Positions 35,033 to 44,588 of a stretch of DNA of 64,000 nucleotides are shown in pieces. The translations under genes and the position numbers were made by a program. Under the pieces are notes generated by a model, which ran no database searches, had not been told where the DNA came from, and saw nothing but the letters and a program-made list of their open reading frames with translations. Position 1 is the first letter of the stretch. Each line of letters starts with the position of its first letter. The stretch lies in the IMG/VR virus record IMGVR_UViG_3300042350_004528, positions 186,001 to 250,000 of that record; one strand, 5' to 3'.

Positions 35033-35889
35033 GCTGTTTCCCTTTCCGCATTAAGAGACTTCAATTTCAATCCTGGTGTGGACAACCATTTGATGATTTC
35101 CTCAGCGGTGTACCAACCAAAGTTATCATCATCGTCAGAGTAGTTCACCCAAAACATAATATCATACTCCGTGTTCGCTTTTCTCTTCTTCTCTTCCCTC
35201 GCAACAGCATCCTTATAATCAATCCACCTCGGTGAACAAGCCATAAAATACTTATTACCTTTGTAACCACTGTTACGTCTTGTCTCCTCCTTCAACTTGG
35301 TGACGCCAATCTCTTTCTCATACTCAATGAGATCATATGCTTCCTTATCCACGTTGTACATCTCATCCAATACGTCTTGTGGCAACTTATCCAGAATGAG
35401 AACGGACAATGATGAATTTGAGAACGCTGGCACCTCAGACTTTAGAAATGTGATGGCGATGTTCTTATTCTTGAACGCCTCATACAACTCCCTCATCTTA
35501 GGGAAATCTTCCTTGTTCTTGCTAGCGATACAAAAGTCACCCTCGTCCCAAGCGCACTCAAGGTCGTTGTAAACATTCTTAATGTCATAGCCCAAAAGAT
35601 CCTTGGCCTTATACTTCTCCTTCAACCCATATGGTCTTTCAGATGTCAACACACAAAGGTCTTTATCTTCTTTGAACAGAACCTCACCGATTGTCATTCT
35701 TCGGTTATCAATCCCAAGCAATGGTTTCTTAATCCCCAAGATGTTTGTCTTGTCGGACTTCAATCCAAACTTGTTTTTGATTCCCCTGATTCCCCATTCG
35801 TGTTCCGATGTGAAATCCCAACCGAGTGATACCCCATAAAAGTTATCACCCTCAACGATGAACGATACGTTTTGATATGCTCTTCTCAT
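35029..35889 (-). CDS. Phage hypothetical protein, 286 aa
   Basis: GWDFTSEHEWGI. Confidence 0.87.
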   Translation of the reverse strand: MRRAYQNVSFIVEGDNFYGVSLGWDFTSEHEWGIRGIKNKFGLKSDKTNILGIKKPLLGIDNRRMTIGEVLFKEDKDLCVLTSERPYGLKEKYKAKDLLGYDIKNVYNDLECAWDEGDFCIASKNKEDFPKMRELYEAFKNKNIAITFLKSEVPAFSNSSLSVLILDKLPQDVLDEMYNVDKEAYDLIEYEKEIGVTKLKEETRRNSGYKGNKYFMACSPRWIDYKDAVAREEKKRKANTEYDIMFWVNYSDDDDNFGWYTAEEIIKWLSTPGLKLKSLNAERETA

Positions 35890-36106
35890 GATATATTATT
35901 TTTTTGTGTATTTTTTTAAATCCTTTGCTGAAATATTCAACTCACAATTTCCGTGTGCTTTCAATGAAACGAAAATTTCGCCACGCTCGGTTATCCAGAC
36001 ATTGGTTGCCTTGGTTTTCACACCATCGATGTAAAAATCCTTATCCTTTATGTTTGTTGCGTCTCGCATGTCGCAAATATATAACAGGAATTTTTAATAC
36101 GCAAAT

Positions 36107-36343
36107 TTATTTCGTTAATTTTATAAAGATTCCAGCTGGCCCATGTGATACATGATAACCACAACATCTATTGTCCAAAGTCATACCATACGATTTAAGA
36201 CGAAATATTATCGCGGACTCAGCCTCACCATAAAAAATAGCGTGAACCGTGCTATCAGCGTAATCAATTGAAACGCCAATTATTTTATTTATTGCCCAAG
36301 ATGGGTTTATGTCCAACTCTTCAACTGGTATGTGTACTAACAT
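36107..36343 (-). CDS. Hypothetical protein, 78 aa
   Basis: ORF track. Confidence 0.7.
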   Translation of the reverse strand: MLVHIPVEELDINPSWAINKIIGVSIDYADSTVHAIFYGEAESAIIFRLKSYGMTLDNRCCGYHVSHGPAGIFIKLTK

Positions 36344-37167
36344 TGTATTCTTTTTAATACGTCTAATATTCTTGAGTATGCTTCAACACCAACTGGTATC
36401 GACATTAATGAGACCAAAAAGTTACTGATGTATGAGTACATTGCGATGATATCCCCTTGAGATAACTTGTCAGATGTCTTGATGAAGACAATCAAAGCTG
36501 TCACAAGAAATGTATATTTAACCGCATTCACCCAGAACCAATTCTTTCCTTGTAATGTTGAACCGTATATCCATAACTTTCTTCTTCTGTTAAAGAAACT
36601 TGTTATCTCATCCTTATTGGAACGATTGATAACATCAACTTTTTTCTCATATTGATTGTTCCCAACAACAGTTGCTTGTTTTATCTTCTTGTAAAACTTA
36701 AACACAATAAACATAATTGGGAACACACAACCCAACACAATGAAACCTGTTATCAAACTTCCCCTCATCACAAAAACCAAACTACCCAGAACCGTGACAA
36801 TAACGGAAATGTAATAATGAACGTAACTCTCGAGAACATCCACAATCTGGTGAGCCATATCTGTCCTGGCTACCTTAGATGAGTTATCAACATCGGTCTT
36901 ATGTATAAACTCCATCACGATGTTGTTATATATCTTTGTGTATACCTTTGTGTCATAAACCATTCTCTTGTATATGAACATGGTTGATCCAGCGTAAACC
37001 AGAACCAAACCAATCAACCAATTCCAGTTACCAACCAACAAACCATCAATCGTCTTTCCAAGAAAATAGGGTTGCAATAAAAGCAAACCCTCGGCAATTA
37101 ACATGTAAGTGTATATTAATAATAACTCATACTTATATTGCTTAAATATATTAATCAGATGTTTCAT
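36337..37167 (-). CDS. ABC transporter six-TM domain protein (no ATPase domain)
   Basis: PYFLGKTIDGLL, RMVYDTKVY, six hydrophobic segments. Confidence 0.75.
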   Translation of the reverse strand: MKHLINIFKQYKYELLLIYTYMLIAEGLLLLQPYFLGKTIDGLLVGNWNWLIGLVLVYAGSTMFIYKRMVYDTKVYTKIYNNIVMEFIHKTDVDNSSKVARTDMAHQIVDVLESYVHYYISVIVTVLGSLVFVMRGSLITGFIVLGCVFPIMFIVFKFYKKIKQATVVGNNQYEKKVDVINRSNKDEITSFFNRRRKLWIYGSTLQGKNWFWVNAVKYTFLVTALIVFIKTSDKLSQGDIIAMYSYISNFLVSLMSIPVGVEAYSRILDVLKRIQC

Positions 37168-37717
37168 CGTTTTCAGTTTCCCCTTTCAGTTTTTCATAAT
37201 AATCTTTTAGTTCACATAAGCTATACCAGTCCTTATCGAATGTCGGTTCCATTTCCTTTATGTTCTCAACCAGCTCGGCTTTGTAGCCTCTGTGATATAC
37301 ATAATGTTCTATCGCATCAGCCAAATCCTGAAGATGCTTCGGTGCCCCTATGCTTATTCTCAAATCGTAATCAGACCATTTAGTTTTATAATCCCACATT
37401 CGAATCCCCTTGGTTATTTTTCTCTCAATATTATGTAAGAACCTGTTCCTTACTCTAACGATTGAGTTATCCGATCCAAATAAATGCAAGAACCTTAGGA
37501 ACCACCTTGGGCACCACCAGGGTTTGGCTTCAGCATCCATTGCCATTACCAATGCGTGAATCATTCCACGCTTCTCGTAAGCATCCTCGAAAGGAACATA
37601 GCCTAGGTAGCCATACTTTTCATGGAAATTCTTTGGAAAGAAAACCGCTCGCAGGTCATCCAACCTTATATCCATTGTGTGGATCATCCCTTTATTTTTA
37701 CCCTTGAATATTTTCAT
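37151..37717 (-). CDS. Hypothetical protein, 188 aa
   Basis: ORF track. Confidence 0.82.
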   Translation of the reverse strand: MKIFKGKNKGMIHTMDIRLDDLRAVFFPKNFHEKYGYLGYVPFEDAYEKRGMIHALVMAMDAEAKPWWCPRWFLRFLHLFGSDNSIVRVRNRFLHNIERKITKGIRMWDYKTKWSDYDLRISIGAPKHLQDLADAIEHYVYHRGYKAELVENIKEMEPTFDKDWYSLCELKDYYEKLKGETENDETSD

Positions 37718-38054
37718 TTCGAATGTTGTTAAATTCTTCTCTTATTCTTCTGATTATTTCAGCATCGATATTTCTCATTAGTTCTTCTGTCAATGCTCTG
37801 GTCAATTCTTTCTCAACATCTTCATCACATCTAACACGAGTTATTAATTTATCTTTCTCATAAAACCAAATAACCTTGAATCTTTCATATGAAAAGTTCG
37901 ATTTGATTTTTGGATATCTAAACTCTTCGGTTTTGGGAAATGGTTCTTCAAGTTCATTGTTGAATAAAATAACATAATGGTCACCAACATCAATGATATC
38001 ATCACACAATAGGTAGGTTCCATACTCATCATTTAATAACCATTCTTTAGACAT
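37698..38054 (-). CDS. Hypothetical protein, 118 aa
   Basis: ORF track. Confidence 0.78.
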   Translation of the reverse strand: MSKEWLLNDEYGTYLLCDDIIDVGDHYVILFNNELEEPFPKTEEFRYPKIKSNFSYERFKVIWFYEKDKLITRVRCDEDVEKELTRALTEELMRNIDAEIIRRIREEFNNIRNENIQG

Positions 38055-38057
38055 AAA

Positions 38058-38423
38058 TTACTTCTTAGTGTCATCCTTTATGACAATACTGTAATCCAAT
38101 TTATTTAGTTCATCAGATAATCTTTTCAAGAAAGTTTCTTCACCATCATCACCAGACAATAACCAATCAACACGCTGTGCGTATATCTCAGCAATTCTCA
38201 AAATCTTTACAGCATCCCTGAATTTTTTGATGACCTCATCGGGATATTTGTGGTGGGTTCTCTCATCTGGGTATCTTTCAAAATACTCAACGCCATACCA
38301 TCTAACCTTTTCTCTGAACTCCTCATCGGTTAAAGGTCTGCCACTTCGTTCTATTTCACTTTCAATGCTATCAGCAATGTTGCGAATCTTATATTGGTCG
38401 TAATCAAATGCTCCTCCACTCAT
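38058..38423 (-). CDS. Phage hypothetical protein
   Basis: MSGGAFDY..DWLLSGDDGEE. Confidence 0.85.
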   Translation of the reverse strand: MSGGAFDYDQYKIRNIADSIESEIERSGRPLTDEEFREKVRWYGVEYFERYPDERTHHKYPDEVIKKFRDAVKILRIAEIYAQRVDWLLSGDDGEETFLKRLSDELNKLDYSIVIKDDTKK

Positions 38424-38974
38424 ATTTTATTTGTATAAATTTCTTTTATTGTACCATCTTTATAAAAAATTCTGCAATCAGGTTTTGTCCACCCATAGAG
38501 GTTAGCCATAACTTGCGCATACTGCTCAATGCTATCCAATTTAAGTCTACCAACAACTCTTGTTGAACTATATTTATTTTCAACAATTGGTTCAACCAAC
38601 CAAGTGGCGCCAGGATATTGGCTCTTCAAGTTTTTAATAGCGACATCTTTCTGAATGGTTCCTTTTTTACCATCGGTCAGCCATTGAGAAACCTCGTAAC
38701 CATTCCATTTTGTGTTCATCTCCTCGATGTTGGTGGCATAAGATGCTGGGTACCAACGATCGCCACAGCAAGGGCAATCCATACCCTCATCACAACCATT
38801 CCAATAACAACCCAAGTCCTCGGCAATTCTTAGAGCCTCATCCTCCGAAACGGCCTCAATGTACAATCTGTGGCATAGTTTATCATCGGTGATGAATGAA
38901 CCACCACTGTTGTTCTGTGTAATTTCGTAAAATTCGGTTGATTTTGCCTTAATCGCTGATTTTTCGCTGACCAT
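38420..38974 (-). CDS. Phage hypothetical protein with CPCCGDRW motif
   Basis: QNNSGG..DCPCCGDRW. Confidence 0.85.
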   Translation of the reverse strand: MVSEKSAIKAKSTEFYEITQNNSGGSFITDDKLCHRLYIEAVSEDEALRIAEDLGCYWNGCDEGMDCPCCGDRWYPASYATNIEEMNTKWNGYEVSQWLTDGKKGTIQKDVAIKNLKSQYPGATWLVEPIVENKYSSTRVVGRLKLDSIEQYAQVMANLYGWTKPDCRIFYKDGTIKEIYTNKI

Positions 38975-39039
38975 AATTTTTATTTTAGGTCACAAATATA
39001 AAGAAATATTTTTAAATATCCAAATCTTATTGAAACATT

Positions 39040-39300
39040 TTAATCAAAATTATATTTGACTGTAACCAGATAATTTTTTTTGATATCTTCTGGTATAAAA
39101 CACCAGACAATATTAATCATCTTGTGGCGCGAAAAAAATGTTGATGGTTTCTCATCTATTTGTTTCAACGCATCGGAATTTTCTATAATATGTTTCTCAT
39201 CGTTTGATATCCAAACGTATTGATCACCGATTCTATTTGGTTTTTTATCATCAACCAAAAGAACCATCTTGTCAAGCATTATAAATCTCTCATTCAGCAT
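39040..39300 (-). CDS. Hypothetical protein
   Basis: ORF track. Confidence 0.7.
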   Translation of the reverse strand: MLNERFIMLDKMVLLVDDKKPNRIGDQYVWISNDEKHIIENSDALKQIDEKPSTFFSRHKMINIVWCFIPEDIKKNYLVTVKYNFD

Positions 39301-39329
39301 AATCGTATTGAAAATCTAAGTAAAACAAT

Positions 39330-39578
39330 TCACCCCCTTGGGCTGTCCATTGGTTGGACAGCCACTAAATCTTGTGAAATAAATGTATGCGTAACACCAG
39401 TCGCATAAGGCATAAAGATCATGTCATAGTAAACGGAAACGTGTGTACCGAATGTTTCGTAATACCAAACTACTTTGTGGTTTACACCATCGATTGTGAT
39501 GTACTCATCACCATCTTTTAATTGATCATCCGTAACAATATAATGATTGCCCTGGTACTTTATGAACTCACCAATCAT
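39330..39578 (-). CDS. Hypothetical protein
   Basis: ORF track. Confidence 0.72.
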   Translation of the reverse strand: MIGEFIKYQGNHYIVTDDQLKDGDEYITIDGVNHKVVWYYETFGTHVSVYYDMIFMPYATGVTHTFISQDLVAVQPMDSPRG

Positions 39579-39829
39579 ATTGAAATGTCATCATTCTTTG
39601 GGGATGCGAAAGTATAATTAGCTGCCATAGCAACTTCAAACTTAGTTAAAAGTTCTTTTATATCAGTCGCACCCCAACCCGTACCAACCGTTCTGTTTTT
39701 TGCGGTGTGTTCGATTGTGTATCGCACAACTCTATCGTGTGTTACACTAACGGACACTCGGAAGTCAGACCTATCAGTGTATTTCCTTTCAATCTCAGCA
39801 ACTTTATCCGCTAGTTCAAGTAATGTCAT
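39575..39829 (-). CDS. Hypothetical protein
   Basis: ORF track. Confidence 0.72.
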   Translation of the reverse strand: MTLLELADKVAEIERKYTDRSDFRVSVSVTHDRVVRYTIEHTAKNRTVGTGWGATDIKELLTKFEVAMAANYTFASPKNDDISI

Positions 39830-39830
39830 A

Positions 39831-40070
39831 TCAGTCCCACTCTGTTATGTCCATATCTCTGTCGTTGATCACACAATCTAATGCTCTTTCAATGTCCCAA
39901 AAATATGTAACGAAATTACCATCAATCATTGTAATTGTGTTCACACCAAGTGCAGTGTAAAACTTGTCTGGGTCAATATCGTTATCGACTAACATTGTGA
40001 CGATCTCATCACTAGTGAAACCGACCTCATATTTTCTTTTGCTATTTTTAATTATTTCTTCTGCCGTCAT
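39831..40070 (-). CDS. Hypothetical protein, 79 aa
   Basis: Start corrected to MTAEE. Confidence 0.75.
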   Translation of the reverse strand: MTAEEIIKNSKRKYEVGFTSDEIVTMLVDNDIDPDKFYTALGVNTITMIDGNFVTYFWDIERALDCVINDRDMDITEWD

Positions 40071-40148
40071 ATTATTTCTTATTTTTACGAGCATTCGGTA
40101 GCACCAGGAAAAAATACCATAGTATTACCAGTATCGTTAATGTATGCA

Positions 40149-40754
40149 TTAATTAATTTTTTCTATGTAACTTAAAACCTCTTCTTTAGTATTAACCCAA
40201 TCCAATAGTTCGTAGTGTTCGCCTTTGGCGTTTATAAACTCGGCGTTGATTATTTGCAAACTATCTTCAACATTGTGAATGTTTCCGATGTATCGCTCAC
40301 GTGCTTCATCGTCATATTCAAAAAGACAACCATCGGAATCTTCCTCAACTCTGATCGTGCTTCCCCATTTAACAATGTTCCAGAAAGCGCCACCCTCGGA
40401 TATTGATGTTGCAAAATCATCCACATCGAATGATTCAGCATCTTCTTTGATTGGCATGTCCCAAGTTTCTTTCAACATTGGTAGCAACTCGTTCCACCAT
40501 TTAACATCACCATCAAAATTATCCTCAACGGTAACAACAACCTCGGCAATACCATGCTCTTCTTCATCATCCCAGTATAATTCATCACCCTCGGTGGATA
40601 TCCATTTCTTGGTGAAATCCTCTGAGAATCTGATTGAATCGAGTAGTTCTGTTAAAAATCTAACCCACGCTGACTCATCCGATTCTAACTCCTCAAACAA
40701 ATCGTAATCAGTAATTTTGTAAGTTAATGTGTAGGATACTTTAAACTTTTTCAT
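40149..40754 (-). CDS. Acidic hypothetical protein, 201 aa
   Basis: ORF track. Confidence 0.8.
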   Translation of the reverse strand: MKKFKVSYTLTYKITDYDLFEELESDESAWVRFLTELLDSIRFSEDFTKKWISTEGDELYWDDEEEHGIAEVVVTVEDNFDGDVKWWNELLPMLKETWDMPIKEDAESFDVDDFATSISEGGAFWNIVKWGSTIRVEEDSDGCLFEYDDEARERYIGNIHNVEDSLQIINAEFINAKGEHYELLDWVNTKEEVLSYIEKIN

Positions 40755-40758
40755 TGTA

Positions 40759-42210
40759 TTAAATTTTAATCTTTATGTTTTCGATAATTAAATCACCAGT
40801 GTGAATACCGTTATGTTTATAAATTTCAACATGGTATCTGTTAGATGAGTTGACCTCAAATTCAAATTGCATTGTTGGTCTACCGTCAGCGTTGAGTGTT
40901 CTACAACAACCCTTTTCACAAGACTCACCAGGCATTTTATGATCGGCTCCGAAGAAAGACATATAACCCGCGAAGCTCTCAACCATATTCGGGTGTGCTG
41001 TTGTTAATTTATTTCGATTAACGTAAACCTCATAGACACCTTTAGGTATCTTCGTGAATGAAACGGTTAATACTAATTTAACTCTATTTGGCGCACCTAG
41101 CTGGCCACTTGTTGGCGTAACCTGTGTGACAGCATCTGTGATTTGACCATTAATTGGTATGCTGAAATTATTGCTATGTAAAACATTGTTGTATGCTCTA
41201 GCCATCATCGGTTGATCAGCTTTTTCATATACCTCAACATCATCATAATCATAATCAAGTTTGTATATTATCTTTATCACATCTTCCATTGTATAGGTAA
41301 CTTTCTTACCATTCTCATCGAAGAAAACATAAGACCAGTCAGCTGATTTTAACATCTCCAATGTAACTTTCTCCCCATTCGGAGAATTAGTCCATTGCTG
41401 CCATAGTCTATCAATGTTTGAGTGATGTGTCCAGAAAACTGGATCAAACCCAGCTGTCGGAACCCAACCCATCAACCCTGTCTCACTAATTTTACCAGTG
41501 ATTGGGTTGTTGAACAACTTACCAGTTTGTACATTACCAGCGCCGATGTAATCGTGCATCGCACCATGTGGGGCATTGTTAATCTGCGAGTTAAACATTT
41601 CGTATGAGGTGTAACTCATTAATTTATCTGTCTCCAAAGCTCTTTGGATTTCACCTGCAATAGGATAACCATAGTTCAAGCTATCAAATCTACAACGTTC
41701 ATATAGGGATGATTTCGGATCTCTGAATTTTTCTTGTAAAAATTTGTCGTAGTCAAAATTATTTGTGTAGCCCCAATAAGGTAATGCGAAATCTTTATAT
41801 CCAGACAATTTTCTAACTATCTTTTCTAAATGGTGAATGTATAATCTATGCCAAACCAAGAAATGAATTTTTTCTTTACCACTTGGTGTATGTGTACAAT
41901 TATCCCAAGCTTCTTTTAAATCGGCTGGGGTCTTATAGCTTGGGCACAGTGGGTTATATAAGATTGTGTCGGGAACCCAATGAATTGCACCTTGATAATA
42001 CCAACTCAATGGGTTATCACAAGGCATATTACGCATAATTTTAAAGGCTTTGTCCATGGCTTCAACGTCCATTTGTGCCTCTGGTGTGTGAATTTCTTTT
42101 CGGAGATATCGTTTTCCAACAACATCTCCAACGCTTTCGGTTCTGTCTTTACATGATATTAGCCATAATAGGCCAAACATCAAAATGAATAGTATTAATA
42201 TTTTTTTCAT
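40759..42210 (-). CDS. Tyrosinase / polyphenol oxidase (type-3 copper), lipoprotein
   Basis: CuA AIHW..CTH..FLVWHRLY; LPYW; CuB PHGAMH..DPVFWTHHSNIDRLW; LISC lipobox. Confidence 0.93.
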   Translation of the reverse strand: MKKILILFILMFGLLWLISCKDRTESVGDVVGKRYLRKEIHTPEAQMDVEAMDKAFKIMRNMPCDNPLSWYYQGAIHWVPDTILYNPLCPSYKTPADLKEAWDNCTHTPSGKEKIHFLVWHRLYIHHLEKIVRKLSGYKDFALPYWGYTNNFDYDKFLQEKFRDPKSSLYERCRFDSLNYGYPIAGEIQRALETDKLMSYTSYEMFNSQINNAPHGAMHDYIGAGNVQTGKLFNNPITGKISETGLMGWVPTAGFDPVFWTHHSNIDRLWQQWTNSPNGEKVTLEMLKSADWSYVFFDENGKKVTYTMEDVIKIIYKLDYDYDDVEVYEKADQPMMARAYNNVLHSNNFSIPINGQITDAVTQVTPTSGQLGAPNRVKLVLTVSFTKIPKGVYEVYVNRNKLTTAHPNMVESFAGYMSFFGADHKMPGESCEKGCCRTLNADGRPTMQFEFEVNSSNRYHVEIYKHNGIHTGDLIIENIKIKI

Positions 42211-42220
42211 AATTTTTAAT

Positions 42221-42397
42221 TTATTTTACAACATTAAGTAAAAAAAGTGTGATGTAAACCATAGATACAACTGTCATAAATTTAATTGTCATGGCGATGA
42301 TGGGTTTAGTACCGTTAACTTTAGCAACAAGCATGAAGGATCCTGTTGCATAGAACCAAATGATGGTTATGATCTTAGCAATGTCTAATATGTTCAT
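42221..42397 (-). CDS. Two-TM small membrane protein
   Basis: Hydrophobic, 58 aa. Confidence 0.65.
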   Translation of the reverse strand: MNILDIAKIITIIWFYATGSFMLVAKVNGTKPIIAMTIKFMTVVSMVYITLFLLNVVK

Positions 42398-42401
42398 AGT
42401 T

Positions 42402-42965
42402 TTAATTTTTAAATAAATCACTCAGGTATTGAAACATTTCAAAGTAAGGTTCGGTGGCATACCAAGTAAACCCCAACTTAGTCATGAATTCCTCATTTTC
42501 TTTTTTATACATCTCAAACATACGACTACCAGTCATCTTAGAGTATTGTACATTAGCGATACGATCACATAATTTAACAAATACAGCGCCTTTGGTATTA
42601 CGAATACCCTCATAGTATTTGTCATTGGCACGTTCCTTACGGTTCTTACCCTTTTCATTGGTTACAGCATAAATAATCTCAGCCGCTTCCTGACCCAAAA
42701 TATCTTTAACATCGTTATATGACACACGACAATCTTCGATCAAATCGTGGCCCCAACAAGCAAGCATACATGCGTGTTTAGTCGAAACCTGTGTGGTTGG
42801 ATTAACAACCACATCACCAGTAAAGTATTCTTTATCGTCTAAAAGATGGTTGTACTTCTCACCGACATGGGCCACCATTCTCAAGTGGAACTCATACGGT
42901 AAGTATGTGTCGTACATGTGGTTTGTTTCATTGTGCTTCTCAATGCACCATTTTTTCTTATCCAT
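42402..42965 (-). CDS. HD-domain (p)ppGpp hydrolase-like protein (SpoT/Mesh1 type)
   Basis: PYEFHL, HDLIED, VKLCDRIAN. Confidence 0.82.
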   Translation of the reverse strand: MDKKKWCIEKHNETNHMYDTYLPYEFHLRMVAHVGEKYNHLLDDKEYFTGDVVVNPTTQVSTKHACMLACWGHDLIEDCRVSYNDVKDILGQEAAEIIYAVTNEKGKNRKERANDKYYEGIRNTKGAVFVKLCDRIANVQYSKMTGSRMFEMYKKENEEFMTKLGFTWYATEPYFEMFQYLSDLFKN

Positions 42966-43064
42966 AATTTCTCTTGTTGTTACAAAGGTAAGAAAGAAAA
43001 ATTTAATAACCAAAAAAAGGGGATAATTATTTCTAATTACCCCCCAGCACTTGACATGGCATGC

Positions 43065-43421
43065 TTAAGATTTTTTGTAATAGATCGTATCAGGTAAAGA
43101 CCCAAACACGAACTTGGTTACGTCACATAACCACATTTTAATATCAAATGGTATACCCATGTAAGACTCAACCTTATATGTGGCACCAGAACCATTCCCC
43201 TCATCATACAACCAACCATCCGAAATTTTTTTGAGCTCCTCAGCACCCTCAAATGGTTTATCGGACAATGCTATCCAAATATACCACTCACCTTCACATA
43301 GCAAATCAAGCCAGGTGTCAGCACCAAGAACCATTTGTAGATCGGCTTTAGATCCTTCCCATTCTGGAAGATCAACAAACCAACCATTAAATTCTTTATC
43401 AAATCTTAATCTTTGTTTCAT
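43065..43421 (-). CDS. DUF6717-like protein
   Basis: WFVDLP..MVLGAD..WLCDVTKFVFG. Confidence 0.7.
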   Translation of the reverse strand: MKQRLRFDKEFNGWFVDLPEWEGSKADLQMVLGADTWLDLLCEGEWYIWIALSDKPFEGAEELKKISDGWLYDEGNGSGATYKVESYMGIPFDIKMWLCDVTKFVFGSLPDTIYYKKS

Positions 43422-43804
43422 AAACTACATTTAAACATATAGTTAAATATCTCACAATTTGAATTTAGTTTAGATAAATCTGGAAAGGTCACATCACCTA
43501 TATAGTTATTATCTATATGTGATATGTGTAACTCGGTGAACATGTGTGCATATTTTTCATATGTTTTTTTGCCACCAATGCACCAATCAATAACTTCGAT
43601 ATCTGGATTCCAAAGTCCCCTGGTATCGATTACAACTTCACGACCCTTCAATGGTGGTAACTCTAGTGATGTGTTGTAGCCAACGAGTAATCTACCACCC
43701 ATGGTTTTTTCTTTGAAATGTTTGAAATCTTCGGAACTACGCCATAGCATTTTATTACCGATTCCTATGAACCCGAGATTATTTACAGCAATTATAGCTT
43801 TCAT
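43418..43804 (-). CDS. folA: Dihydrofolate reductase (short)
   Basis: AVNNLGFIG..LW..EDFKHFKEKT, PLKGR, IGG, GDVTFP. Confidence 0.88.
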   Translation of the reverse strand: MKAIIAVNNLGFIGIGNKMLWRSSEDFKHFKEKTMGGRLLVGYNTSLELPPLKGREVVIDTRGLWNPDIEVIDWCIGGKKTYEKYAHMFTELHISHIDNNYIGDVTFPDLSKLNSNCEIFNYMFKCSL

Positions 43805-44115
43805 TTTGATAATAAATCAATTAGTATGTAAGACAATTTATAACCAGCGAATGCACCTAAAGCTGATGGTATTGGAAACACAATTAACTTACCAAGTGAT
43901 GTAACATACTTCGGTCGGTTAACAATTCTACCCATATAAAAGTAGTAGGTTATATAACCAAGAAGAACCGCTAGATCTGTTTTGGTTGCGATAAACACAA
44001 CCAACATAGCACCGATAAAACCAAACGTAAAATTGTCTCTGGACTCGGTAAAAACCTCACCAGGAGTTGCATCTTTATATTCTTTAACTATTTGTTTTAT
44101 CGTTGTCTTGCCCAT
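43801..44115 (-). CDS. Membrane protein, 104 aa
   Basis: Three hydrophobic segments. Confidence 0.78.
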   Translation of the reverse strand: MGKTTIKQIVKEYKDATPGEVFTESRDNFTFGFIGAMLVVFIATKTDLAVLLGYITYYFYMGRIVNRPKYVTSLGKLIVFPIPSALGAFAGYKLSYILIDLLSK

Positions 44116-44371
44116 TTTGTTTTATTTTCTCAAGATATTCAATCATAGTTTCGGCGTCTTTTGGGTTAATGATTATTTCATCAAATGCGCCGTAATTTGA
44201 CTGTCTACCGAATATATAATCAATAGCATATAAAATCCTATCACGCAATGATTTACGTTTCAAGTGTGGCTCGATGTATAGCGTATTATCTTCATCATCA
44301 TACCAAATGGCAAATTGATGTTCGAGCGATTCACATTCACACACCAAGATTTCTCTATTAATCTTTTCCAT
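44084..44371 (-). CDS. Hypothetical protein
   Basis: CECESLEH. Confidence 0.8.
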   Translation of the reverse strand: MEKINREILVCECESLEHQFAIWYDDEDNTLYIEPHLKRKSLRDRILYAIDYIFGRQSNYGAFDEIIINPKDAETMIEYLEKIKQNGQDNDKTNS

Positions 44372-44588
44372 CTTCTTTTTTAATATCCTCTCGAGTTAAT
44401 TCTTTTTCAGCTTGGTGCATGAAGATAATCTCTTTTGTTTGTTCATCAACTGTGCAAGCGGCAATTGGTTTATCAACTCGGTAATGATATTCTTCTCCTA
44501 GCATACCAACTTCTCCGTTGACAACTTCAAAGGCATCAAACTCCTCTGGTAGGGTGTTGAGCCACGTTTTTAATTCTCCTAAATTCAT
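44358..44588 (-). CDS. Hypothetical protein
   Basis: ORF track. Confidence 0.75.
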   Translation of the reverse strand: MNLGELKTWLNTLPEEFDAFEVVNGEVGMLGEEYHYRVDKPIAACTVDEQTKEIIFMHQAEKELTREDIKKEDGKD

